A stretch of DNA of 64,000 bases, from contig CAYQPQ010000002.1 of NCBI GenBank assembly GCA_964420045.1, positions 2,979 through 66,978 of the forward strand. Direction: 5' to 3'. Below the pieces are notes generated by a model. That model did no database searches. It was not told the DNA's origin and was given only the letters and a program-made list of their open reading frames with translations. The stretch's first letter is position 1. Each line of letters opens with the position of its first letter. Position numbers and translations under genes: made by a program. This DNA comes from an uncultured Bdellovibrionales bacterium (GTDB lineage: Bacteria > Patescibacteriota > Minisyncoccia > Moranbacterales > UBA1568). Shown here piece by piece: positions 30,501-37,364 of the stretch.

Positions 30501-30509
30501 AATACCCAA
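24564..30509 (-). CDS. Giant surface protein of 1981 aa. It has an N-terminal membrane anchor, two LamG/ConA-like lectin domains, about 14 tandem beta-propeller-type repeats with the motif YAGLGS.AGDAEVWKWNGSTWSKIGGD, and C-terminal FN3/Ig-like domains
   Basis: The N-terminal transmembrane segment is LSACVAAGAFLFFSG. Repeats of about 50 aa are clear in the translation, and near-identical units of about 150 nt are visible at about 28900-29720, for example ccgccgatcttgctccatgtcgagccgttccatttcca four times. LamG-like segments are ...ALYHFDESSGSTANDSS... and ...NWHHVAATYNGSTMSVYIDGT...LDELRIS. Confidence 0.8.
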   Translation of the reverse strand: MGIMQKHNHFYRLLISIGVFFGRFLLRIARIFWSLKPRYIGLSVLSACVAAGAFLFFSGRIHSIFADGEIGEAWNFATPSDYVASSGVTLDSSNTESRLSVKNYADDSDTVALYHFDESSGSTANDSSSNANHATVSGGSFVSGNLNNALSLNGTTAFASVPDSTANSLSQANTIEAWTKFSSAFSAGSHSQRQGIVDKGDYQLYYDNETGKLTYELANDSASGWTQQAGNDINGSWDLNGNPTIESSNVLDGNLYVGTGNGTGDAEVWKWNGTRWTQIGGDGLNNCWAINTFEAVYVMANDGTNLYVGLGSGTGDAEVWKWNGSTWSKIGGDALNSSWQINTFEAVNALTFVGGELYAGLGTGANDAEVWKWNGSTWSKIGGDSLNSGWTTNYEGVYSLVNDGTNVYAGLGLTAGDSEVWKWNGSTWSKIGGDSLNSSWDTTFEYVYSMTYFGGNLYVGLGSTAGDAEVWKWNGSTWSKIGGDTVNSSWDSSSYEMVYSIVNDGTTLYAGLGSTAGDNEVWSFDGSTWTKIGGDGVNGSFTNTHTIVSTLAVSGSTLYAGVSTSSSTVSAQEWAWNGSSWTLIGGDYVNFSWGFRGLRSVEVLNVTGDYLYAGTGVATIGNAMVWQFDGTTWTIIGGQGVNGSWDANTYETVTSLIGHGGELYAGLGSSSNDAEVWHWNGSTWEQIGGDSLNSGWTTGFEEVNSLASYGGFLYAGLGNSANDAEVWRWNGSTWTKVGGDSLYSGWTTNFERVTTLGVHAGKLYAGLGSSAGDAEVWECANCDGTPSWSRVGGDGINSSWANSTYEQVDSMIVYAGFLYVGLGTSTDDAEVWKYDGSSWTLIGGDDIGGSWSSGTYERVRTLAVYNGALYAGLGTTAGDGEVWRYAGSLWAQAGGDNVNGSWGSTIEEVGAFSAYKGKFYAGTGNTANADAAVWSFGNNAFLQSSTSSFNTNWHHVAATYNGSTMSVYIDGTLNNSRSISMSIADSSSDILIGTTYAGREYGKPEGFFQGSLDELRISSVARTSFQSTPYSNGYETVTLASAVHTSGVKKWDSFVADEDAPGNIAYRLSSDGGSTWQYWSGSAWATSSGYAQSNDASTISTNIPTFPAGSGGLLWQAVLLGNGNELVRLNSVTLTATADLAAPTWSGTPTLAAKNASGGLTDLTTGTWYSYSAPYFEWSAAADTGGSGVAGYYVYFGTSASAEPTTQGDFQAGNSYTATVDTDGNALVSGQKYYLIVKAKDVAQNTSVTFPVAFSYWLDSTAPTNPLGVTAAPAVYSPDNDFSFLWSAGTDGNGNPSTNSMIAGYQYQIAATVASDGWSSTTTALQVDIADAAYQTGENFFYLRTIDVAGNVSASNVRTSFYYAGAGPTAPQNVQAIPATNTANSFAFTWDPPFSFSGDASDLTYCYTVNAVPSEDACTFTASGVESVAASAFATQKGTNTFYVVAKNPEDLGGVINYGAYETVEFVADTSAPGIPLNTDIADVSVKNTESWKLAVSWEAPADIGSGVDSYQIYHSLSESGTYTKVASTSGIAFVDTGLTQALHYYKIRACDSVNNCGAFSEIVSAYPTGKYTEAAGLASGPSVSLITTKSATIGWSTDRASDSKVQYGKGSGDYYSEEPSNSEQVTDHEIKLSNLSPGTTYHYRARWTDEDGNTGLSGEKSFKTDPAPTVIDPNLKSAGLSSAILEFTARGASKVKIYYGLTEAFGLVKEISTSTSETTYTTSLEDLLDGTKYYYKINTVDSEEEEYEGNTLSFETLPRPKIEEVRIQQVKGTAQTVLLISWKTNTETSSIVTYVPEGNAGDAKDEVDAKMVAGEHRILLRDLLPQTSYSLVVRGRDNFGNEAKSDALQFTTATDTRAPQIIDANVEGLIVKSSDGSQGEAEAQLVITWTTDESATSQVEYGEGTGSVYPQKTQEDASLVSNHTVVISKLTPSKVYHLRVLSKDKAGNVGESIDIVSIAPKATENALDIVFSSLKSIFGQ

Positions 30510-30645
30510 ACAGCGGAAACTTCCCGCAGATGGAGAACCTTTTGTTCTTTAAATTGTACATCAATTCGAAGAAAATTCATAACGAAGAAATGCTCGCTTG
30601 CCCGAATACAGGTTCATGCTAGAGTAAAGAAAATACCTCAATGCC

Positions 30646-31089
30646 ATGCCAACTCTCGCCTACAACAAACGAGCACGATTCGACTACGAAATCCTCGAGA
30701 CACTAGAAGCGGGCATCTCCCTCCTCGGACACGAAGTCAAATCGATCAAAACCGGACACGTGAGTCTCCAGGGGAGTTTCGTAACCATTCACGGCGACGA
30801 TATCATGCTCACTAATGCCCTTATCCCCTTCTACCCCTTTGCGGGCGACCCCTCAAGCTATAATCCCACGCGTCCGCGCCGCCTCCTTATCAAAAAGAAC
30901 GAGTCCAAGCGACTTATCGGAAAAGTACGAACAAACGGCTTGACACTCATTCCGCTTCGGGTCTATACTAAGAGACACCTCGTAAAGGTCGAGTTTGCTT
31001 TGGCAAAGGGAAAGAAGGAATACGACAAGCGCGCCACTACCAAAAAGCGCGAAGCCAACCGCAAGATAGCCCGAGCCATGAAAAGCTAG
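30646..31089 (+). CDS. smpB: SsrA-binding protein SmpB
   Basis: NKRARFDYEILETLEAGISLLGHEVKS...LLIKKNE...KGKKEYDKR is conserved along the full length of SmpB. Confidence 0.92.
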   Translation: MPTLAYNKRARFDYEILETLEAGISLLGHEVKSIKTGHVSLQGSFVTIHGDDIMLTNALIPFYPFAGDPSSYNPTRPRRLLIKKNESKRLIGKVRTNGLTLIPLRVYTKRHLVKVEFALAKGKKEYDKRATTKKREANRKIARAMKS

Positions 31090-31131
31090 AATATCCCGCC
31101 CGCAAATACTCCTGATGTTCGGGATACGGGC

Positions 31132-31529
31132 GGGGTTGTCTAGACTCGACAGGATGCACTTTGAAAATACGCAAGCCGATTATGAAGGTGATATCGCTAA
31201 TCTCCCCTTCACGATGATATCTGCAAAATTCATCACAAAGGCAAAGCAAGCCTTCGCGCAAGCGTTCCAGCCTGCTTTCGCTTCCGCTCTCGCCTAATTT
31301 CGGCAAGAGCCATCGGACTCCCAACTCCCGATAGGGAATGTTCCGGTGTCATATCTTCGGGAAAGCCCCCTGCTCTCGCTTTATGGAGTAGCGGTCGCTT
31401 CTGCACATGAGGCACGCCGACCCGTTTTCGCACGCTTCTACGGTCCGGCGCACACCAAGCGCGCTATGCTTGTAGACTATTTTTGAAACTCATCACTGGA
31501 CATGGGTGCAATTCCCATCAACTCCACTA
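31132..31529 (+). ncRNA. ssrA: tmRNA (ssrA), one-piece. The tag ORF would be AKFITKAKQAFAQAFQPAFASALA (24 aa), with resume codon GCA at nt 31223 and stop TAA at 31295
   Basis: The 5' end GGGGTTGTCTAGACTCGACAGGAT parallels E. coli GGGGCUGAUUCUGGAUUCGACGGGAU. The 3' end GGACATGGG-TGCAATT-CCCAT-CAACTCCA forms the T-arm and the acceptor strand that pairs with the 5' GGGGTTG, keeping the G3:U wobble. The resume codon lies 91 nt from the 5' end, the tag ends ...ALA-stop, and the gene is immediately downstream of smpB. Confidence 0.8.
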
Positions 31530-31630
31530 GAAACAAACTTCAACCACCAATGCCCAACGTATACAACCGACGATTTCTGGAGGTGATATTCGTATCGGTT
31601 GTGCGTTGTGAGTTGTGAGTTGCCACGTAT

Positions 31631-32180
31631 CATGCGCAGACGTCGTTACCGAAGACCACAACCGAAAGTCGTCGAACTTCCCAAGGCGCGCGTCAATGAG
31701 CATATTCGAGTGCCATTTGTGTTTGTCGTCGACGCGGACGGGACCGTCACTGAAAACATGCCCATCGAACAAGCTATCGCTCGCGCCAAAGAGCAAGAGC
31801 TCGATCTCGTCGAAGTGTCTCCAAAAGCAACACCACCGGTGTGTAAGATCCTTGACTACGGAAAATACCTCTACGCCGAGGGAAAGAAAGAGCAGAAAGC
31901 AAAGAGCAAACAAAAGAAAGTCGAAACAAAAGGCATCCGCCTCCGTCTTCGAACCGACACGCATGACCTCAATTTCAAACGAGCGCAAGCGGAAAAATTC
32001 CTCACGCGAGGACACAAGGTCAAAATAGAGATCGTACTCCGCGGACGAGAAAAAGCGCTCCCGGAAAAGGCACGGGATGCACTGCGAGAATTTTTCAACA
32101 GCATAAAGGCGCCATTTGGCATCGAAGAAGATATCAAACGCTTCCCCAATGGTTTTCACATCATTATCGCCCCCAAATAA
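31631..32180 (+). CDS. infC: Translation initiation factor IF-3
   Basis: KARVNEHIRVPFVFVVDADG...LDLVEVSPKATPPVCKILDYGKYLYA...KGIRLR..D.HDL.FK aligns with IF-3 N- and C-domains. The start codon is uncertain, since IF-3 genes often use a non-ATG start. Confidence 0.85.
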
Positions 32181-32189
32181 GTAAACCCT

Positions 32190-32384
32190 ATGAAGCAAAA
32201 GACTCGGAAATCCGTTGCTAAGAAAGTTCAGGTTACCAAGAGTGGAAAGGTGATTCGACGCACGACCAAGCAAAATCACTACAATCTCCGCGAAACCAAA
32301 GAATCCAAACGAGCCAAGCGTCGGGATATCACCATGACCGGAAAAGACGCTAAGAATATCAAAGCCGCCCTCCCCTACGCTTAA
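32190..32384 (+). CDS. rpmI: 50S ribosomal protein L35
   Basis: MKQKTRKSVAKKVQVTKSGKVIRRTTKQNH is a typical L35 sequence; the protein is 64 aa and follows infC. Confidence 0.88.
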   Translation: MKQKTRKSVAKKVQVTKSGKVIRRTTKQNHYNLRETKESKRAKRRDITMTGKDAKNIKAALPYA

Positions 32385-32403
32385 GAAACTGATCGATTTG
32401 AAT

Positions 32404-32520
32404 GTTTCTCCGGAAAAAATTCTTTTTTGCAGCTTTCCTTGCCCGAATTGCTACGCAAAACGTTGCGGGCAGGCGTACGAAGTGTAAGACAAGCGAAAAA
32501 AGAATTTTTTCCGGAGAAAC
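32404..32520. repeat. Perfect 25-bp inverted repeat flanking a structured 67-nt loop in the rpmI-rplT intergenic region (a MITE-like or RNase III-type stem-loop)
   Basis: The left arm gtttctccggaaaaaattctttttt (32404-32428) is an exact reverse complement of the right arm aaaaaagaattttttccggagaaac (32496-32520). The loop holds a second hairpin gcccg...cgggc. Confidence 0.8.
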
Positions 32521-32584
32521 AGGCATCTTTAGACAAATCTCAACAGATCACACTGCAAGCAAATAACTTCTAGAGAGAACCATT

Positions 32585-32929
32585 ATGCCAAGAGTCAAGC
32601 GCGGCGTCACTGCCAATAAACGAAGAAAAAATGTCCTCAAGATGGCGGAGGGTTTCCGATGGCGCCGAAAAACGAACTATCGCGCCGCCAAAGAGGCCAT
32701 CATGAAAGCGGGCAAATATGCCTATCGAGACCGCCGCGCCAAAAAGCGATCATTCCGCAGTCTCTGGATCGTCCGCCTCAATAATGCTCTGCGCGAGCAC
32801 GGACTCACCTATGCTCGGTTCATCGATATCGAAAAAAAGAAGAATATCGAACTCGACCGAAAAGTGCTCTCCGAACTCGCCGTACAACACCCCGATATCT
32901 TCAAGACATTCGTCGCTTCCGTCAAATAG
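32585..32929 (+). CDS. rplT: 50S ribosomal protein L20
   Basis: MPRVKRGVTANKRRKNVLKMAEGFRWRR...YRDRRAKKRSFRSLWIVRLNNA is highly conserved L20. Confidence 0.92.
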   Translation: MPRVKRGVTANKRRKNVLKMAEGFRWRRKTNYRAAKEAIMKAGKYAYRDRRAKKRSFRSLWIVRLNNALREHGLTYARFIDIEKKKNIELDRKVLSELAVQHPDIFKTFVASVK

Positions 32930-33042
32930 GAGAAATTTCACAAAGACTTTGTCTTGCGACTTCAAAAAGACTTCATCGAAAAACACCCGGAATTCGGGTG
33001 TTTTTCTTGTATCTTTCCTGCCGCTGTCCCAATTCACCTGAA

Positions 33043-33486
33043 TTACTTTCGCAAGCTCCCCTTCTGATGTTGCCAATGTCGGAGCATTCCCAACGAAAAA
33101 ACCAGAGCAAGAAAAATTCCGAAAGCATCGATAACAATGTCGGAAACTCTACCCTGTCGCCCGGTCACAAAGAGCTGATGAGCCTCATCAGATATAGCGA
33201 AAGGCAATGAAAGCAAGAGCATGCCCGCAGCTGCTATATGAGAGTTCCGAGGAAACCCATGATCGAAGAGTCGAAAAGAAAGCACTCCGAGAATAAAATA
33301 CTCGGCAACATGCGCACCTTTTCGCAGAAGCAAATAGGGCAAGGAAATATGTTGTCCAGCAACACCGAGACTTGGCTGGTCGGAAAGTAAGAAGATCACC
33401 ATCATCCACACCAAAACAGGAACCGCGTAACAGTAGAAAGACATGCTGAACCGCGCCAATCGGTCTAATGAAAAAACGTTTTTCAT
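33043..33486 (-). CDS. VanZ-like family membrane protein
   Basis: Four transmembrane helices are present, with a conserved ISDEAHQLFVTGRQGRVSDIVIDAFGIFLALVFS segment typical of VanZ. Confidence 0.65.
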   Translation of the reverse strand: MKNVFSLDRLARFSMSFYCYAVPVLVWMMVIFLLSDQPSLGVAGQHISLPYLLLRKGAHVAEYFILGVLSFRLFDHGFPRNSHIAAAGMLLLSLPFAISDEAHQLFVTGRQGRVSDIVIDAFGIFLALVFSLGMLRHWQHQKGSLRK

Positions 33487-33623
33487 TTTGGGCTCTTGGA
33501 ACGATTGGAAAGCTCTCTCAAGAGAACGCCAAGTGCGAAAAACGGGAGCCACAGCCAGAGCGTCTTCTTGAGAAATTTTTCGAGAAACTGACTCATATTC
33601 ATGAAAAGCAAAATACCAAATGT

Positions 33624-34358
33624 CTATTTATGCAAAGGAAGCGCATGATAACATCGCGGATCTATTTCGTACACCACATCTTTTTTCTCTACGACAATGC
33701 GCCACTGCTTTTCTTCCGCTGCCGCTTTGAGGTTTTCATTCGGATTGAAGGCGATCGGATGAGCAACTAATTCCAAGAATTTTATATCAGATTCGGTATC
33801 GCCAATACCATACGAGTCCGCAAACGACACATTGTACTCCTTGAAAAGCTTTCGCGCCGCCGTCCCCTTGTCTCGACTTGGTTCATACGAAGCTATACCG
33901 GTATACCGACCGTCGTCGCCCACTTCATATACACTCCCGATAACCGTGTCGAAATGAAGATAATCTCGGTTATACGCTTCAACAATCTCAAGAGGCGATC
34001 CGGAAATAGCAAAGAGCAGGTATCCGTCATCGCGAAGTTTTGTAATGAGATTCTCGGCAAATATATAGGTCTGCCGCTCTCGAAATGGCACGACACTCTC
34101 TGCCGCACGTGCCACGTCTTGCGGTGTGCATCCCCGCAAGAACCGCGCATAGAGATCAATAAGAGCCAAACGGTAATCCTCATAGGTCCCCGTATGCGCG
34201 AGCCACTTTGAGTACAGATCAACCAGCGTCTTCCGCACATGTGATGGAAAAATATGCAGCCACGAAAGTTCATTGATAAGCTCGAAATGAAGATTCTTCC
34301 GAAATATTGTCCCATCTATATCGAAAATAGCCGCTCGAGTTTTTGGAGGTGTTCCCAT
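33624..34358 (-). CDS. HAD-superfamily hydrolase, subfamily IB (phosphoserine phosphatase-like)
   Basis: Motif I is AIFDIDGTIF. It is followed by ...AISGSP... and a C-terminal YGIGDTESDIKFL with a motif IV Asp pair. Confidence 0.75.
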   Translation of the reverse strand: MGTPPKTRAAIFDIDGTIFRKNLHFELINELSWLHIFPSHVRKTLVDLYSKWLAHTGTYEDYRLALIDLYARFLRGCTPQDVARAAESVVPFRERQTYIFAENLITKLRDDGYLLFAISGSPLEIVEAYNRDYLHFDTVIGSVYEVGDDGRYTGIASYEPSRDKGTAARKLFKEYNVSFADSYGIGDTESDIKFLELVAHPIAFNPNENLKAAAEEKQWRIVVEKKDVVYEIDPRCYHALPLHK

Positions 34359-34389
34359 AAGAGAAGTATATCGGCTTCAACACTGACGG

Positions 34390-35403
34390 TCAACGAGCAC
34401 GGAATATACTTCGAGCCGCATTCCAGAGTGCAGGAGTCTCTTTTTTCTCCTTGAGCCAATACCACCACTCCGCACCCCAGAGATACACATCCGAAAAACC
34501 CACCTGACGTGCATACCGCACGTTTTCCATTAGCTGCTCGGCATTCATCGTCTTCCACTGCTCATCAAGCGAAACATCGGTCAATGATCCGTTCGCCCAC
34601 GGCTCCGCCTGCAGTTCAATGACCATAAAATGCTTCTGCTGCGTGAAGAGTCGAACAAGTTGCTCCTTGAATCGGAAGAAATTCGGACCAATCGGATAGG
34701 TTATATAGCCAAATCTATTGCTCCAAAGTTTCCGATAGAGCGTCGTCCCAAACACATCCCCTCGACTCGCTGCCGGAATCCATGTTGAAAGTTCGCCACT
34801 ATCCGTCGTGAGTATCAGACGAGAAGTATCTTCCGCACGAGCGGCAGCAACCTCACGATCAAGTGTCTCACCGGAAATTGGCGGACACACTCCAAATGCC
34901 AAGAACGGCTCGTTCTCAATTTGCCAAAGCGAAACTTCAGAACGATTCTTGTATCGCCCGATTGTTTCTTGGATAAATCGTATGGCCGCCTCATTTTTCA
35001 GAACGTCCGTATTTGCCCATGCCGGCACGAAACACTCCGGCCACCGCGGAACTTTCTGTCCCACAGCGAGAATTACCTCTGCGTTGTACTGCTTCACCAT
35101 ATCGAGCTGCCAGTCTATATCGGAAAAATCAAACCGACCGCGCTCACGCTCCACAACATCCCAGTACACCGGAATGCGAACCTTTCGAACCCCGAGGTCC
35201 TCAAAAAGTGCACGAAGAACTTTCGGAGCATCCAATCCCAAATCTCGCGCAAACCGACTCGAAAAAGTTACTCCGAACTGCACGTCTCCTCGGGGTGCCG
35301 GTCCGGGGAGATTAAAATATGCAAAAAGAATTGCGCAAAGCACGAAGACAAAAAGAAATGCCCACAAAAAAACACGAAAAGATCGAAGAAAAAGATGCTT
35401 CAT
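34390..35403 (-). CDS. Membrane-anchored glycoside hydrolase-like TIM-barrel protein with an NEP catalytic motif; the family is uncertain but looks GH5 or GH42-like
   Basis: An N-terminal transmembrane helix is followed by ...VRIPVYWDVVE...LWQIENEPF...YLWGAEWWYW, the pattern of clan GH-A enzymes. Confidence 0.45.
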   Translation of the reverse strand: MKHLFLRSFRVFLWAFLFVFVLCAILFAYFNLPGPAPRGDVQFGVTFSSRFARDLGLDAPKVLRALFEDLGVRKVRIPVYWDVVERERGRFDFSDIDWQLDMVKQYNAEVILAVGQKVPRWPECFVPAWANTDVLKNEAAIRFIQETIGRYKNRSEVSLWQIENEPFLAFGVCPPISGETLDREVAAARAEDTSRLILTTDSGELSTWIPAASRGDVFGTTLYRKLWSNRFGYITYPIGPNFFRFKEQLVRLFTQQKHFMVIELQAEPWANGSLTDVSLDEQWKTMNAEQLMENVRYARQVGFSDVYLWGAEWWYWLKEKKETPALWNAARSIFRAR

Positions 35404-35417
35404 GACGCTTCAAAAAT

Positions 35418-36425
35418 TCAAAAAAGCGAATACTCCCCGCGGACCGCAAACCATATGCCAAGCGAGATGAGAATAAATGCCCCGATTTTCCGAATCCATT
35501 CCGCACGAGATATTCGCTCCGAGAAAATGTCCGGGAATCTCTTTGAAAGAATCAGCGCAAGGAGAAAGACGAACACGAACTGCGCGCCCACAAGCGCTTG
35601 AACAAGCGAAACCGGTCCGCGATATGTGGCAAATATAATAAGAATCGCACCGATGCCACCGAGAGTTTTCCCGGAGATAAAGAGTAGCCACGTCGGAACG
35701 GAACCTGTTCGCCGACGCTGCGCATCAGCACTCTTCAAGCGAGCATCGACCGAAGACAAAGAAGCATCTCTTCGCACAAAAATCTCTTGAGACAAGAAAG
35801 CGACCATGTCTCGGCGGTAGACAGGAATGATACAAAGAGAAAGTCCTCCAAGAAACACGCCGAGCCGAGACCAAATAAGTCCACTCACAAAATTCGCGCC
35901 ACTTCCTTCTCCCACTTTGATGAGAAGATAGAATCCCGCGAGAAACAAACCCGAAAGAAATGCGAGCCGGACCTCACCCTGCGAATACCAGCATCCGCCG
36001 GAACCGGAAAGAGAGAGCAATACGACTCCGACAAGTAAAAGAGCAAATGAGAGAAGACCGAAAACCGGGATTTCTCCGGAAACAACAATCCGAACAATCG
36101 ACGGAAACAGCGTGATAACCGCCGAGAAAATGCCAACCAATGGCAGAATACGCGACACTTCGCCCGTCCGAAACGCGGTAAACAAAAAAAGCAAACTCCA
36201 CGCAAAGAGCACTCCCGATACCAAGAAGATCGCCATGCCCGCAGGCGGAAGGAGATGCAATCCGAACGGCGCAAGCACAAACGACGTCAAACTAAACAGC
36301 GTCAGGATCAAAACATAGACCGCCGGTTTCTCGATGCGCCCTGACACCAAAAACTTATCCGCAATCCCGGAAAGCGCCGTCGCCCCATACCCCCCAATCG
36401 CCGAGAAGAGCCACAGCATAGTCAC
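35418..36425 (-). CDS. Polytopic membrane protein, about 10 transmembrane helices, possibly a DMT/EamA-like transporter
   Basis: The hydropathy pattern shows 10 helices. No diagnostic motif was found, so the family assignment is tentative. Confidence 0.4.
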   Translation of the reverse strand: MTMLWLFSAIGGYGATALSGIADKFLVSGRIEKPAVYVLILTLFSLTSFVLAPFGLHLLPPAGMAIFLVSGVLFAWSLLFLFTAFRTGEVSRILPLVGIFSAVITLFPSIVRIVVSGEIPVFGLLSFALLLVGVVLLSLSGSGGCWYSQGEVRLAFLSGLFLAGFYLLIKVGEGSGANFVSGLIWSRLGVFLGGLSLCIIPVYRRDMVAFLSQEIFVRRDASLSSVDARLKSADAQRRRTGSVPTWLLFISGKTLGGIGAILIIFATYRGPVSLVQALVGAQFVFVFLLALILSKRFPDIFSERISRAEWIRKIGAFILISLGIWFAVRGEYSLF

Positions 36426-36478
36426 ACAAAAACAAATGAAGTGCCTCCATTATACCATCAAAGATTCGAAAGCAGCAT

Positions 36479-36508
36479 AAAAAAAGACGACCCTTGAGAC
36501 GGGTCGTC
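36479..36508 (-). terminator. Rho-independent terminator for the minus-strand gene ending at 36619
   Basis: The minus strand reads gacgacccgtctcaagggtcgtc, an 8-bp GC-rich stem, followed by ttttttt. Confidence 0.7.
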
Positions 36509-36618
36509 GAAGTCTTTGATAAATACGCTTTAATATTTTAACTGTGAGATTTAACAGCTTCAACCTCAAAGCTTTCATGTACACTGTCCAGTCTTCTTTC
36601 GTTTAACGAAACCGAGAA

Positions 36619-37314
36619 TCAAAAAAACCGATGGTACACGTTTCCGACATCAGAAATCCATTTCGCCACACTTTCTGGAGAATGTCCTTCACAGGACGAG
36701 CCGCACTTCCAAACAATGAGTCGCTCCGGCGAGTCCAAATGTTTCTCATGAACCAGCTCGGAGAGTCGATTGCCTACCGTCTCAATCGCTTCTTCCGGAC
36801 TCGCGAAACACGCATAGCCCATACCGGTGCCGCGGCTTCCCGTTCCCTTATAGCCCCAATAGTTGTAGCAGTCAATGCCGTCCTTCGTCGGAGCATGCTC
36901 TCCCCAGGAGCTTTCCTTTCGAGCGATGCTCACCAAAAACGCCGCCGTCTCCCGATCGCGCTTCGCCAAGAAAGGCGCCATCGCTTCCATCGGTTCGCCC
37001 TGGAGCGTTGAGGCAAGCAATGTGCGAAACCGAAACTCCTCCTCCGTCTCCCCTTCTTTCGGAGACATTTCCGCCTCGCAAGAGGGGGCAAGAGTCTCCT
37101 GACTCGCATCACTCAGAGCATTCTCCGATCGGAATTCCAGCAGATCGTCCTGCAAGTGAATATCCGACCCTTCTGCCGAAGCCATACCCCCATTCCAAAC
37201 AAAGAACACGAAAAAGAGGCTAATAAAGCCAAAAAATCTGCAAGCATACCACATCCCCCGCCCGCAACGCTGTGCGTAGCAGTGCGGGCGGGCCCGACGT
37301 AAAGGAATATCCAT
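36619..37314 (-). CDS. Membrane-anchored protein and paralog of the next gene; the C-terminal domain weakly resembles a glucosaminidase or peptidoglycan-hydrolase domain
   Basis: ...AAFLVSIARKESSWGEHAPTKDGIDCYNYWGYKG... compares with the glucosaminidase-domain pattern ESgWG...NlFGiK. The C-terminal region WKCGSSCEGH is conserved in both paralogs. Confidence 0.35.
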   Translation of the reverse strand: MDIPLRRARPHCYAQRCGRGMWYACRFFGFISLFFVFFVWNGGMASAEGSDIHLQDDLLEFRSENALSDASQETLAPSCEAEMSPKEGETEEEFRFRTLLASTLQGEPMEAMAPFLAKRDRETAAFLVSIARKESSWGEHAPTKDGIDCYNYWGYKGTGSRGTGMGYACFASPEEAIETVGNRLSELVHEKHLDSPERLIVWKCGSSCEGHSPESVAKWISDVGNVYHRFF

Positions 37315-37364
37315 AGAGAAAGAGTGTTACCAAGTGATAACACTCATTTCTAGCATATTTAAAG

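Noticed and set aside
31037-31433. Two short minus-strand ORFs (95 aa and 66 aa) between smpB and infC
   Set aside because: They overlap the tmRNA gene, whose conserved 5' and 3' tRNA-like ends and tag reading frame account for this region.
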